Program-made: the position numbers and the translations under genes | The notes under the pieces: generated by a model | The model's input: only the letters and a program-made list of their open reading frames with translations | Told to the model about the DNA's origin: nothing | The model's database searches: none | Part shown: in pieces, positions 41,862-56,370 of the stretch | How the letters are laid out: the number at the start of each line of letters is the position of its first letter | How positions within the stretch are numbered: the stretch's first letter is position 1 | Assembly (NCBI GenBank): GCA_951406725.2 | Contig: OX597815.1 | Span: 181,164,001-181,228,000, forward strand | Source of the DNA: Octopus vulgaris | Taxonomy: Eukaryota | Reading direction: 5' to 3' | DNA: 64,000 bases

Positions 41862-42764
41862 CAGATCTTCCCATAAATAATGCGGTTTTTTTTATACTTC
41901 TTTTAGTTTTCAAAATTAAGATAAGCAAAGTTCGTTTTTAATCTAAAACCTACTCTCCTTCATTTTCTACAATAGTCTTCTTTCCATCTGATAGACTTGC
42001 AAGGCCCCTCCTTCCAAAATTCCTTTGTCCGTGATGAAAAATACTCGTCCAGTACTGATCTGGCCTCGTCTACAGAATTCAAAATTTTCCCGTCTAAATG
42101 ATTTTAAAGACTGCGGAATAAATGGAGAAATGTACGGCGAATATGGTCAGTAGGGCATCGTTTCTCATCTGAACTGCTCCGGCCTTTGGAATGTCATTCT
42201 CGCTGTATGTGGAAGAGCACCTTTCATCTTGAAACCAAAGATGGTTATTTTTCCGATGGCATGCAGGGGTCTATGAATGGTTGAATGATCAAATCCAAGC
42301 TTCTCTGCTAGTTCCTCAACAGTTACGATGAGATTTCATTCCACCAAGGTTTGCAGGACGTCCTCGTCGAGCTCTACAGATCCTCCATGACGAGGCTCGT
42401 CTTCTAGGCTCTGATTTTCGGCTCGGAATTTCTGGAAACACTGTTAACACCGACGTACTCTTATGGTCCGATTCCAATACACTGCATTAATATTCCTTGC
42501 ACTTTCCGTTTCGTTCTTGCCTTTATTGAAGTCATAAAGCAAAATATGCCGAATATGCTCCTTTGTTACTTCCAATATAGCTTCGAAAAAAAAACTATTA
42601 AAATCGAAATACATCCTTCAAAACTTGCGCTAAGAATAAGACAAGGTAAAAATTACTACCTGCTTTTATAGCAAGTTGATGCAGGTAGTTTATCCCATCC
42701 CCCTCCGACTTTTAGTTCATGCAATTGAAAAACACAACAACATTATTTATGGTATGACCTAAAA
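41862..42764 (-). mobile_element. Internally deleted mariner transposon
   Basis: EVTKEHIRHILLYDFNKGKN..FQKFRAENQSLEDEPRHG..TVEELAEKLGFDHSTIHR joined to a PYSP-region remnant; TIR remnants ccataaataatg at both ends. Confidence 0.85.
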
Positions 42765-43009
42765 TATACTACACTGGAGTGAGATAAGTCTATCAGCGAA
42801 GACAGTTGTTAACCAGATACAATAACAATTAATGAAATGATTACAAGAAATATATCATTTACATATTTCGTGAGGCATCCGTTTAGAATGGCTCGGATTC
42901 CAGAGGTAAAACAACCATAACACGTCATGGTTATTTTCCAGTTACTTACTGGCAATTTATTGCATTAAATATATAGTATGGGTGTGCGATGACGTGATAA
43001 GTAGTTGCG

Positions 43010-43099
43010 GTAGCAGCAGCAGCAGCAGCAACAGTAGTAGTAGTAATAGTAGTGACAGCAGCACTAGTTGTATTATCATTATCATTATTATCATCATCA

Positions 43100-43135
<36 letters not shown>

Positions 43136-43191
43136 GTAGTAGTAGTAGTATTTTTAGTATTATTATTATTATTATTAGTTATTATTATTAT

Positions 43192-43234
<43 letters not shown>

Positions 43235-43365
43235 TGTTGTTGTTGTTGTAGCAGTATTAGCTGTAATAGTAGTATTAGTAGTAGCAGCAGAAACAGTAAC
43301 AGCAGTAGCAGCAGCGGTGGTGGTGGTGGTGGTGGTTGTGGTGGTGGTGGTAGTAGTAGCAGTAG

Positions 43366-43396
<31 letters not shown>

Positions 43397-43399
43397 AGC

Positions 43400-43459
<60 letters not shown>

Positions 43460-43472
43460 GGTGGTAGTAGTA
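43010..43472. repeat. Compound trinucleotide microsatellite (AGC/AGT/ATT/GGT)
   Basis: Direct reading. Confidence 0.97.
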
Positions 43473-44141
43473 CCTTGCCGAATGTATAAGAAATTGATTT
43501 ACTCAGCCAGAGAGCTTAGTTTTCCACTTAGCTCCCAAACTTTTCACAACCAAAGACCCCTTTTATTCAAATGAGTGGTGTTTTTTTCCCCAACGGACCC
43601 CAGGATATTGAAAGGTCTGTCAGTTTAACATGATGACGGACCACGGGTTGGGAACCATTGACTTAGGTCTTCGCGCTTGGCTATATTCGACAGTGATTTA
43701 CAACTTTGAGAAAGATGGTTGTTCTGTGTCAGGTGAGCTTATGCAGGCCAATTAGATAATCGGAATCTAACACACTGGTTCCCTAACTGTGGTCAGCGGG
43801 CACCTGGTGGTCCGCAAAGATCGTACTGGGGGTTCTTGAACTAAATTCAAAACTTCAGATATATAAATATATATATACATATATATATTACTCTTTACTC
43901 TTTTTACTCTTTTACTTGGTTCAGTCATGTGACTGTGGTCATGCTGGAGCACCGCCTCTAGTCGAGCAAATCGACCCCAGGACTTATTCTTTGTAAGCCT
44001 AGTATTTATTCTATCGGTCACTTTTGCCGAACCGCTAAGTTACGGGGACGTAAACACAACAGCATCGGTTGTCAAGCGATGTTGGGTGGGGGACAAACAC
44101 AGACACATAATTCTAACGATTCTGCCAGCTCGCCGCCTTTG

Positions 44142-44176
<35 letters not shown>

Positions 44177-44266
44177 GATTCTTTATTTGTCCCAAGAGCG
44201 ACGAATGTGGAGACGTTTGTTCTAAAGTAATTGATATTTTGTATCTAGTGGGTGAAAAAAATAATT

Positions 44267-44335
<69 letters not shown>

Positions 44336-44569
44336 TTATTTACATGCGTTAAAGAGAAAAAGAGAAAATATTCAAATGTAAAAATATGTAATGAATATGT
44401 CTGAAAAGGGGACATTCACCTAGAGTAAAATATGGGGCGCGCCCCCACGAAATCCTAAACAATAACAATAATAATAGCAATATGAGAAATTTGTTTTAAG
44501 ATCTGGAAAGAAATGTAGGAAGGTTGTAAAGCGACAGAGTAAGAGAGGATGAGACTAGAACAGCTATAC

Positions 44570-44768
44570 TCTTTTACTCTTTTACTTGTTTCAGTCATTT
44601 GATTGCGGCCATGCATTCTTTGTAGGCCCAGTACTTATTCTATCGGTCTCTTTTGCCGAACCGCTAAGTGACGGGGACGTAAACACACCAGCATCAGTTG
44701 TCAAGCGATGTTGGAGGGACAAACACACACACACAAACATATACATACACAAATATATATATATATAA

Positions 44769-44808
<40 letters not shown>

Positions 44809-44973
44809 TACGACGGGCTTCTTTCAGTTTCCGTCTACCAAATCCACTCACAAGGCATTGGTCGGCCCGGGGCTATAGCAGAAGGCACTTGCCCAAGATG
44901 CCACGCAGTGGGACTGAACCCGGAACCATGTGGTTGGTTAGCAAGCTACTTACAACACAGCCACTCCTGCGCC
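44570..44973 (-). mobile_element. SINE family A copy (internal deletion)
   Basis: Reverse complement of the 2345-2800 family. Confidence 0.88.
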
Positions 44974-45002
44974 TTTATATGTTATCTTTACATGTTTCTA
45001 CT

Positions 45003-45558
45003 TTTCTACTCTAGGTACAAGGCTCGAAATTTTGGGGGAGGGGGCCGGTCGATTAGATCGATCTCAGTACGCTACTGGTATTTAATTTATCGACCCCGAA
45101 AGGATGAAAGGCAAAGTCGACCTCGGCGGAATTTGAACTCAGAACTTAAAGACAGACGAAATACCTATTTTTTTACTACTCTCAAGGGGTTAGACACAGA
45201 GGGGACAAACAAGGACAAACAGACGGATTAAGTCGATTATATCGACCCCAGTGCGTAACTGGTACTTATTTAATCGACACCGAAAGGATGAAAGGCAAAG
45301 TCGACCTCGGCGGAATTTGAACTCAGAACGTAGCGGCAGACGAAATACCTATTTCTTTACTACCCACAAGGGGCTAAACACAGGGAGGACAAACAAGGAC
45401 AGACAGACGGATTAAGTCGATTATATCGACTCCAGTGCGTTACTGGTATTTAATTTATCGACCCCGAAAGGATACGTTGTGAACTCACAACGTAACGCAG
45501 ACGAAATACCGCTAAGCATTTCGCCCGGCGTGCTAACGTTTCTGCCAGCTCGCCGCCT
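45003..45558 (-). mobile_element. SINE family B tandem multimer
   Basis: Repeated units joined at cgaaatacctattt. Confidence 0.88.
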
Positions 45559-46786
45559 CCTTTACATGTTTCTACTGTCACATCATATACACATAGAGAT
45601 AGAAAGATGTGAACACACACACACACACACACACACGTAAATACACATTCATTTACTCATACATACTCACACACATATACACACAACACTTATGATACCT
45701 GTTGACAAATTGCGAGCTTTTGTTAAATATCCATCGAAACAAAATAAAGTTGTATTTCATATGTGTACTTTTTTCTTTTCGTATGTGTGCAACATACATA
45801 CATACATACATACATACATACATACATACATACATACATACATACATACATACATACATACATACATACATACATACTTTAATAAATGTCTAAGTGACAA
45901 TGTGGATAAGCTTGGATTATCAGGAAAACAAATCCAGCAACTAACTCGCACATTACAAATACAACCTGTAATCCGTACAGTAAAACTATGCAAGGTTTTT
46001 CTCAAGTTTAAGATGTGACATTGTTTTAATTATTTATATTCCAACGATGGAGCTTTGTATCTTTGTTAGAAAACAGCTATTTTATCGGTGGAAGCATTTG
46101 AATAATGAAAAACAAAAGACAACATACATACACGCATGTATATATGATATACAGAAAATATATAATGCGTATGTACATATACATAATTATATGAGTCAAT
46201 CTATATAGATATATGCACAGTTTCGTATATGTACATATATGAATGTGTGCATATAAATATCTATCTATTTTATAATTATATACATAATTATAACAAGGGG
46301 TCGACTTTATGCCTCACTACGCACTGTAAGAAATAGACGCTAAAGTCTTTTCTACTACCTTAAAATCTCCGAGGATAACACACTTTATTGTAGGCAAGCA
46401 AAAGAAAAATAATGAATCAATATGGCTGATAAAATATGGACGTGTTTCGAACTTAAAGTATTTCGTATAGTATTTCGTATAAGTTCACGAGTATTTCAAA
46501 ATATGCATGCGATCAGCGTCATCGTATGTCCGATATCTATCCACACTCGTAAAAATATATTGCCGAGTATAATTCATATCTGCTTTTTATATCCACGTGT
46601 GTGTAAAGATCTAGACCGCAGTAAATGCAGTTTCGATCATGGAGTGAATTTATTCAAATATTATTTTTATAATAAAGGGTAAAACCCATAATAATTTTAC
46701 CCTTTATTACTAAAATATCGATCTATGTATCTACCAGTCTATCCATCCACTCATTTATCTATCTATTCCTCTGACAGTCTATTGTT

Positions 46787-46860
<74 letters not shown>

Positions 46861-46877
46861 GTCTGTTTGTCAGTCTG

Positions 46878-46967
<90 letters not shown>

Positions 46968-48127
46968 CTATCTATCTATCTATACAAATACATATACAAG
47001 TTCACATATATGTATGTAAATAAATATATTTATATATATACATATCATATATTTACAGACGTGCATTCTCCTATAACTACACACAAATATACATACATAC
47101 ATGCATACATACATACATACATACATACATACATACATACATACATACATACATACATACATACATACACATACTCATATTCTGATTGTCTACAGTTACT
47201 TATGTAGAGGAAACTAAAATTTGATTTGATAACAATCGGTGGCCAGATAAAACTACGTAGTTAAGTGGATGTTATGAATATCAGCAGGTACCGGCGGCGT
47301 CGCTATTGGCTATGCACCAGTATGAGCCATTATCAGCAGACGTCATGCAACTAAGAAAGGAAATCCCTTAGAAACAAATAAAAAAAAAAAAGGGAAAAAA
47401 ATATATATAAATTTAAGAGGCAAGTATTTAGGTTAAGAATACGGATCTAAAACTGTTACCAATAGAAGGCTTAAAAACTTAAATCTCATCTTTCTGACTA
47501 CTTTATTTGATAGATACAAAACCACCACCTCTCCAATTGACCGACTTCAGATAAAAACCAGAGTCTCAACGGTAACAATATACGTAGACTGATTTCACTT
47601 CTGGTGATTAGTAATGTATTCTTAAAATCGTGCCCTAAAAATATCATATTAGACATAGTAGGGAAAAATGAAGAAAAGAGACAAAAATCTGCAACAGATG
47701 GCGTCAACTTATTTTGCATTGAGAGGTCACGTGATAGCTTTAACAAATCACGTGATAAAATTAATAATGCAATTTTTTTCTTCCCCAACCCTAATATCAG
47801 TTCGTTAAACATGCTACAATCAATAAAGTCTTTGAAAGAATTCTGAAATTTGAAAGATAATGTCTCACGGTGCAACATTCTCATCTTTTTCATCCAAAGT
47901 AACATGGCATCAGTTTAGTAAACACATCCCACGACAAATTCTGCACTCGTTTACCTGTCTCTTAATCTAGGGTTATGCCTGAAATATCGATCCTCGTAAT
48001 CTAGTGATAACATTTATTTGATAATATTAATAAGGTTCTACCTGAGCCTACCCATGGTGTGCTCGTTCATATGCTTTGACCATTATCCTCATGCAAGGCT
48101 GAATTGTGATGTGTGTAGTCTTTTAGG

Positions 48128-48570
48128 ACATCTTGGATAAATAACCCAACAAGGCCAAGGCCCTTATCTTGGATAAATAACTCAACAAGGCCAAAGCTCT
48201 CATCTTGGATAAATAACCCAACAAGGTTAAGGCCCTCATCTTGGATAAATAACCCAACAAGGTCAAGGCCCTCATCTTGGATAAATAACCCAACAAGGCC
48301 AATGCCCTCATCTTGGATAAATAACCCAACAAGGGCTAAGGCCCTCATCTTGGATAAATAACCCGACAAGGTTAAGGCCCTCATCTTGGATAAATAACCC
48401 AACAAGGCCAAGGCCATCATTTTGGATAAATAACCCAACAGGGCTAAGGCCCTCATCTTGGATTAAAAAAAACCCAACAGGGCCAAGGCCCTCATCTTGG
48501 ATAAATAACCAAACAAGGCCAAAGCTCTCATCTTGCATAAATAACCCAACAAGGCCAAGGCTCTCATCTA
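48128..48570. repeat. 36-bp minisatellite, ~12 copies
   Basis: Unit catcttggataaataacccaacaaggccaaggccct; some units carry indels. Confidence 0.95.
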
Positions 48571-48980
48571 CATGGACATAACGAACAAAGAGTAATCTTT
48601 TTTTTACCAAAATAGAGTCATTGCGAAACAGGAGTTTTAGCGTCCATAATAGTTCTGATATCGTGATCACCAATTCGAGAGAATTGTCTACTCAAGAGCA
48701 TAAAAAAAGCATTAAGAAAGAGGTATTTCGATACTGTAAGTTAGAAATTCATGCTATCGAGCAGAGAAAACTGGCTTACTCTTTTGTTCTCGTGCGAAAC
48801 CATTTGATTCCCACAGCAATGCAATCTCATTGAGTAAGGCCATAGCACTTCTGATATCGGAGCTAATGCCATCGATATGCTTAGCAGTATTTCGCCAGCC
48901 GAAATAAACACACCAGCATCGGTCATCAAACGATGGTGTGGAGACAAACACAGATACACAAACATACATACATATATGCA

Positions 48981-49184
48981 CAGGGTGGCCCAAAAGTAGG
49001 TTTACAGTTATTCAACAATCTCTTTCGCATTCATATATTAACAGTTTAGATCTTAATTATAAAAATATATGAAACCATTTTTATATGCTAATTTAGTTAA
49101 TTGTAAGATATAAATTTTAATGTAATAAGATGTTTTAAAAGAAATTTAAGGCGTCTACGTGATAATAGTAAACTTACTTTTGGG

Positions 49185-49186
<2 letters not shown>
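48981..49186. mobile_element. Tc1/mariner-type MITE
   Basis: cagggtggcccaaaagtaggtttac ... gtaaacttacttttgggc. Confidence 0.65.
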
Positions 49187-49238
<52 letters not shown>

Positions 49239-51074
49239 GCACATATATATATATATATACGACGGGCTTCTTTGAGTTTCCGTCTACCAAATACACTTAC
49301 AAGGCTTTGGGCGGCCCAAGGCTATAGTAGAGGATATTTGCGCAATGTACCTAGCAGTGATACTGAACGCGGAACCATGTGGTTGGGAAGCAAGCTTCTT
49401 ACGACACATCCATGCCTCTCAATAATATGATTTTTTTTTCTTTTAATGTTCTTTTTCTTTGTTTTCTTCTTACAAAATTATATTGTTGACAAATTTGTCT
49501 GTCATTCAGTTGTTAGTTTTAGAAACAGTCAAAAATTAAGATCATGAGAAAAAATGCCTACATACTAGCAGTAGACAAAATCATTTAAACACATTTTACA
49601 AGAGTCTTACTTGTATCAGGTTTCTTTTATGCTCTGAGTTCAAATTCTTCTCAGGTCGACTTTTACATTTCGTTCAATTCAAGGTCGATAAAATAGGTAC
49701 CAGTTGAGCACTGAGGTCGATGAACTCGACTTAACCCCTACCCCTAAATTGCTGGCCTTGTGCCAAAACTTGAAATCATTATTAAAGGCGGTCAGCTAGT
49801 AAAGTTACAAACGCGCCGGAGGAAAATGCTTCAAATAATCTCTTACAGCTCTTTACGCCCCGAGTTCAAATTCAGCCGAAATCAACTTTCTCTTGAGTCT
49901 TTTCGGAATCAATAAAAATAAGTACCAGTCGAGAACTGGGGTGGGGGTGGGGGATGGGGTCAGTGTAATCGACTGACCCCCTCCTTGTGAAATTGCAGAC
50001 TTTGTACCTTGAGTAGAAAGAATTATGGCGAGCTGGCAGAATCATTAGCACAGTGGACAAAATGCTTAGCAGTATTTCGACGGTCGCTACGTTCTGAGTT
50101 CAAATTCCACCGAAGTCTGTTTTGCCTTTCATCCTATCGGAAGGCAATAAATTAAGTACCAGTTACGTACTGAGGTCGATTTAATAGACTAGTCTCCTCC
50201 CCCAAATTTCAAGCCTTGTGTCTAGAGTAGAAATGATTATTATGGCTGATTGAAAGGCGGTGAGCTGGCAGAAACGTTAGCACGCCGGGCAAAATGCGTA
50301 GCCGTATTTCATCTGTCGCTACGTTCTGAGTTCAAATTCCGCCGAGGCCGACTTTGCCTTTCATCCTTTCGGGGTCGATAAATTAAGTACCAGTTACGCA
50401 TTGGGGTCGATGTAATCGACTTAATCCGTTTGTCTGTCCTTGTTTGTCACCTCTGTGTGTAGCCCCTTGTGGGTAGTAAAGAAATAGGTATTTCGTCTGC
50501 CGCTACGTTCTGAGTTCAAATTCCGCTGAGGTCGACTTTGCCCTTCATCCTTTCGGGTATCGATAAATTAAGTACCAGTTACGTACTGGGGTCGATGTAA
50601 TCGACTAGTCGCCTCCTCCCAAATTCCAAGCCTTGTGCCTCCAGTAGAAAAGATTATTATGTCTCACAGAAAAGTGAACGCACCGGAGAAAATACTGAGC
50701 GTCATTTCTTCCTGCTCTTTACGTTCTGAGCTCGAATTCCATCGCGGTCAACATTACCTTTAATCTTTTGGAGGTCGAGGAAATAAAACACCAGTCGCGT
50801 AACGGGGTCGATGCAATCGACTGACTCTTCCCAAAATTACTGGCTTTGTGCCAACATTTGAAACAATTATTATAATTAGAATTATTATCGTTGTTGTTGT
50901 TAATTTGGTCTGTAACATATAATGGCAGAATACGTAATAATTCAGTAATTAATGGAATAGATTACAGGAACGATTTTAATTACTCTTGTTTACATAATAT
51001 TTTGTATCATCAAGTCCCATGTTTTGAAATGTCAGTTTTTAAAGGCAATGATCTCAAAATTAATTGTATTATTG

Positions 51075-51113
<39 letters not shown>

Positions 51114-51884
51114 TTGTTGTTGTTGTCGTCGTCGTCATCGTCGTCCTGGCAGCGAGTTGGCAGAATCGTTAACACGCAGGACGAAATGTTTAGCGGTATT
51201 TCGTCCGTCGCTACGTTCTGAGTTCAAATTCCACCGATGTCGACTTTGCCTTTTATCCTTTCGGGGTCGATAAATTAAGTACGAGTGAAACACTGGGGTG
51301 AATATAATCGACTTAATTCCCTCCCCTAAGCTGCCCTTGTGGTAAAAATTTGAAATCATTATTATTATTATTATTCTTTCACCATTTCGGTAATGCTATT
51401 TAATTATGATGACCATCATCATCTTTATTCGGTTATTTTAATAAATCAAGAGAGACATGCTTTGGCAAGTTGCTCCACCGATGCCCTTTATTGCTAATTA
51501 AAACCTCATACCACTTAAGATTCTTTTGATAAAGCATCATTGATTTAATACTCATTACTGTTCACTCCAAATTAGAACTAAAATATATTTACAGAAAGTG
51601 AGATTCGTGCAAACTAATCATTGACACGAATAGATTAACTGACGGAGACATTTCGCTTCTGTAATTATTTCTTTCTTTTTTTTCCGTTTCTCTGTCATAA
51701 AATATATGGACTCTGTGTTCAGAAAGATAAAAACAAATGTTCAGAATATAATGAACGTGCGCAAGTAGATATTCTGAGTCATTAGACCTTTAGACTAATT
51801 AATTAACAGTATGTTTTGAAGTAGTATATAATTTTTTTTCAGAGTAACACGAAGTATAATGTAATGTATGTTTTGAGTCCATCT

Positions 51885-52100
51885 TAATTGTTACCCTGCG
51901 CGCGTAGGCGAATGCAGAGTATTGTAATTGCTCGTCTTTGCCTGTGTGTTTGTAAAATTACAGGAAAACGACTGAACGGATTTTCACCACATTTGGCAGA
52001 CATCCTCATTGGGATTAATGGCTCCAGATGATGTACATTTGGTATGATTATCTTTAAAAAAATCCCAGAAAAATCAAACTTTCCCGATAAGCAACTAGTC
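51885..52100 (+). mobile_element. Probable Helentron-associated element fragment
   Basis: ttaccctgcg..gcagagtattgtaattg..actgaacggattttcaccacatttggc, similar in layout to 62196. Confidence 0.45.
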
Positions 52101-52681
52101 ATATTATTTTGTTCACTTTCTTTATCATGTGAATCGAACCTCGCCTGCGTGTGTATAGGTCATGGCGTACCTATGCGCATAATAGTTGTTGACTTTGTCC
52201 TTTATTCAAGCTGCGTTCTTTTTGTTTGTTTGTGCGCATGCGTGTCGGTCAGTGTGTGCGCGCATACACATGTATGTATGCATGCATGCAAGTGTGTGTA
52301 TGCATGAATATGTGTGCATGTATATATGTATGTATGTGTGTACGTTTGTATGTATGTATTCTACATATTGATGTGTTTGTGTGCGTTTTTTATGTGTGTG
52401 TGTGTGTGTGTACCTTTGCTCCTTGTGTGTGCATGTCTGGGTGTGCCTCTCTGTGTGTGTGTATGGGCATTCGAGTATCAAGGGGGCGGTAGCCCGAAAA
52501 AGTTTAGGAACCACTGATGTAGTCGATGGTGCTGGACTTATGCCAAAATTTGAAACCAATATTAACGTCCTTTACTAATAAAGTAATCTAATTACTGTAG
52601 GCAGAAGTCGTGTCATGGAACCATATCTATGAGTTTTTCTCAAGCATCAAAATTAAACAATAAACTATTGATTTGTGATAA

Positions 52682-53776
52682 TCTATGTATATAAAACTCA
52701 ACCTGTGTGTCTGTGTGTGTATCTGTGTGTGTGTGTTTAACTTCCCAGCACATCTCCTAGCCAACAAATCGTAGAACCACCAAAAATGGGTCACTTAAAG
52801 TTTAGGCGAATGAAAATTGAACTGCGCTATTTCTCTTCCGAAATTCATCTCGCAAGTGCAAAAATCGATAATGTGTTTGTTTAGGCCTTATCCCATGCAT
52901 TGAATAGTGAACTTTACTCAGTCAGCTGTTTGACGTGAACTGTGTTCACCACGCGTGCAAGCATGCGTAAATTACATGAAAAATCAAAAATCAAGATATA
53001 ACAACGAATCGCCGTAAACATTGTAGAAATTCAGCAAAAAAATGAATTTTCGGGATGTAGCTTGGAGGGTTTTTTCGTATTAATCGTTTGGACTTTGTGA
53101 ACACACCAATTATTTTCATAACATTTTTAACGCTTTGAATTAAATGTGACCATTTTGCGTTGAGTCTGCAGTTTGAATCAGTTTAACCAAATTTTAGCAG
53201 GCCAGATTTTTGATCATCACGATACATCGCCAGCAACTCCCTGAAACTCTCCCCTGAAATCCCCGTTGAGAAATCTATATATATAAAACTCAACTTGTGT
53301 GTCTGTGTGTGTATCTGTGAGTGTGTCTGTGTGTTTAACTTTTGGATCTACCAAGTTTCATTATCTAGGATGGAAAGTAGTGTGTAGCAAATCTATATAT
53401 ATAGAGCTGAAGTTGTCTGTGTGTGGCAGGTTTGGTAGCCTTCTACTAACATTATCTCCTTCGAGACCCTGCAGCGCAAGTTGACCAAAATTGAGAGTAT
53501 GATAGAAGAACGCTTGCTCTTCATTCTGTAGGAGAAAAAATTCAAATCGGACCATGTTAGCACCAAAAATTATTTACATCAAAAAGGTGCTTTTTTTCTA
53601 TGAAAATCCCTATTTTTTACGATTTTTGACTGCTGTGTCACCATTTTTCGGTGTATTTCAACTGGAAAAATGTTCACTTGAAGAGAATAACAAGTTGCAT
53701 AATGCAAAATTTTTACTTTTCAAAAATTCCAATTCTAAAGGGTCGAAACAAACCCAAGCAACACCGGGTGATACTG

Positions 53777-53779
<3 letters not shown>
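52682..53779 (+). mobile_element. Helitron cluster: three TC 5' ends, one 3' hairpin end
   Basis: a|tctat(a/g)tatata starts at 52682, 53274 and 53392; degenerate 3' end cccaagcaacaccgggtgatactgcta. Confidence 0.7.
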
Positions 53780-53817
<38 letters not shown>

Positions 53818-53847
53818 AGATATATTAGATATATATGATAGCCACTA

Positions 53848-54008
53848 CACACATTTTTTTCTCTCCTTGTTTTTTCTGTGACCCTTTCGGTAGAAGACCG
53901 TAGGCTCGAAACGTAAAAGACTTTTCTGTTCCTGAGCGTTATACTAATACATCTGTTTGTTTTGTACACCACCTGTCTTCGTCTTTTGTTTTTTTCGTAA
54001 ACTTTCCC
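53848..54008 (+). mobile_element. Solo 3' end related to PLE A
   Basis: Similar to 12140-12330 (..gtaggctcgaaacgt..ttcctgagcg..atactaatac..); ends at (TA)n. Confidence 0.8.
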
Positions 54009-54033
54009 TATATATATATATATATATATATAT

Positions 54034-54229
54034 AACATTATTGGTGAATTGAAGAAATGGAGCTGAACGCAGATTGAACAGAAATCGTTTTATTTCATTC
54101 TACACGTGTTTCGAAAGGCACAAATTACCAAAATCCGATTGAAACCTTTCGAAACACGTGTAGAATGAAATAAAACGATTTCTGTTCAATCTGCGTTCAG
54201 CTCCATTTCTTCAATTCACCAATAATGTT
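54034..54229. repeat. Perfect 85-bp inverted repeat with 26-bp spacer, abutting (TA)n
   Basis: Arms 54034-54118 and 54145-54229 are reverse complements; inner ends carry a hammerhead 3' half GAAAC-ACGT-GTA. Confidence 0.92.
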
Positions 54230-54378
54230 TTAATTTCAATTATCCGCACCAACGCACGGTTGCAACACCATATGGTTGTACCTCCAACCGTGCTGTTTAC
54301 TGCTGTGATTTTTGCTACTAAGGTATCGGTTAAACTTTTGATTAATCTACTACAAGATTATTCATCTTTCTATTTCAC

Positions 54379-54417
<39 letters not shown>

Positions 54418-54509
54418 CGGCATACGTACATTTTGTTCTCATATATGTAAGTACACATTTTTATATAATACACATCATTATACACACCGCACGTATATGC
54501 ATATATGTG

Positions 54510-54609
<100 letters not shown>

Positions 54610-54871
54610 CATAAAATTATTAAAATTGTAAATAAGCGTATCTAAGAGATACACTCATGCTAGACATAGCAGCCAAAACTTCACTCTAAAACCATATTAA
54701 ATGTCCATACAGCACCAGAAGGGAAGACAAAAAGACAAAATAAACTAACAAAAAAGATAATAATAAACTTGTTTGCTAGTATCACATAAAGTTAGAGTCG
54801 TATTTATAATTGATGAGTAATTGAAAATACAGTTCTATAGGAATGAGAACCGAGGTTTGAAATTTCCCCAA

Positions 54872-54917
54872 GACACCTGATGAAGGCTGGAGGGTATATC
54901 AGCCGAAACGTTGTGTT
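54872..54917 (+). ncRNA. Minimal type-I hammerhead ribozyme, intact copy of the (AAT)n-associated family
   Basis: GACAC-CTGATGA-A-GGCTG gagggtatat CAGCC-GAAAC-GTT^GTGTT. Confidence 0.8.
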
Positions 54918-55299
54918 AAAACAACAAACAAGATGAGGACAAATATCCGTCAAATGTAAATAATGCAAATAATGTAATTGAAATGTCTTACGTTCAAAAT
55001 TCTCTCATCAGCATTATGGAGAAAAGCGAAGGTGGTGAACTAGCAGAATCGTTAACACGCCGGGCGAAAAGCTTAGAGGTATTTTGCACGTCGCTATGTT
55101 CAGAGTTCAAATTCCACCGAGGTCGACTTTGCTTTTCACCGATAAATTAAGTACCAATTGCGTACTGGGGTCGATTACATCGACTCTACCCTTACCCCTA
55201 ATTTGAGGCCTTGTGCCTATAGTAGAAAGGATTATTAAGTAAAGCGAAGGGGGCGAGCTGGCAGAATCATTAGCACGCTGGACGTAATGTTTAGCGGTA

Positions 55300-55595
55300 T
55301 TGTTGTATTTCGGGACGGTTATTTTTTGCCAAATAGACACACGCACTATATATACGTTCTTCACTCGTTTATTACTGTTCTTATTCAAACTATCCGGAAA
55401 TCATTCGTCACACATCTGCGACCGTGTATGTGTGCTCTTGCACGAGGACGGAAAGTGAGACTAAAGAGGTCACAGATGTGGGACGAAAGATTTCTGGAAC
55501 AATAGACATGAGTTAGAATAAGAACAGTAATAAACGCGGGCAGAACGAATATATAATACATGTGATTATTTGGCCCAAAAATACCATCCCGATAT

Positions 55596-55602
<7 letters not shown>
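55300..55602. mobile_element. Fold-back element, same family as 14419-14826
   Basis: ttgttgtatttcgggacggt ... accatcccgatatacaacaa followed by (TA)n. Confidence 0.7.
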
Positions 55603-55642
<40 letters not shown>

Positions 55643-55760
55643 GTATGTATATATATATATATATACATCTATATGTATATATATACGTATATATATACAT
55701 ATATATGAATATATATATGTATATATATGTGTATATACATATAGGTATATATATATGTAT

Positions 55761-55829
<69 letters not shown>

Positions 55830-55931
55830 CATATACACATACATATATATTATATTGTGTGGAATTTGATTTAGTATTTCTAAATTGAATTCTTTTTCCT
55901 TGTAAGTTTGGATTTTATTCCCTCAAATAAT

Positions 55932-56002
<71 letters not shown>

Positions 56003-56222
56003 GATACAGCAATCCCTCACCATATCATGGTTCACCTATCGCGGTTTATTATGTAGCTTGTGTCGTATAGCAAGCTGGAAACGATGTTTCCCTGGGCTAA
56101 ATAACAGTAACATTCGTCCCATCCTGGGACTGTCACATTATGTTGGCGAAAATTCATTACTTCATGGTGATGTCACGGTACATCTCTCTTTGAGAGATTT
56201 AGAAATAAGAAAATTTCTGTTT

Positions 56223-56274
<52 letters not shown>

Positions 56275-56370
56275 CAACAATTTAGATTCAAATGAATATG
56301 GTACTTAATTTAGATGCATCAGAATTTTGTATGGTGTTACCCATAAAAATATGCGGGGTGATTATAATAA

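Noticed and set aside
47498-47905. 135-aa ORF in unique DNA
   Set aside because: No recognisable motif or exon structure
48128-48570. 36-bp repeat as a CRISPR array or repeat protein
   Set aside because: Contiguous units with no unique spacers, no cas genes, eukaryotic context; indels break the frame
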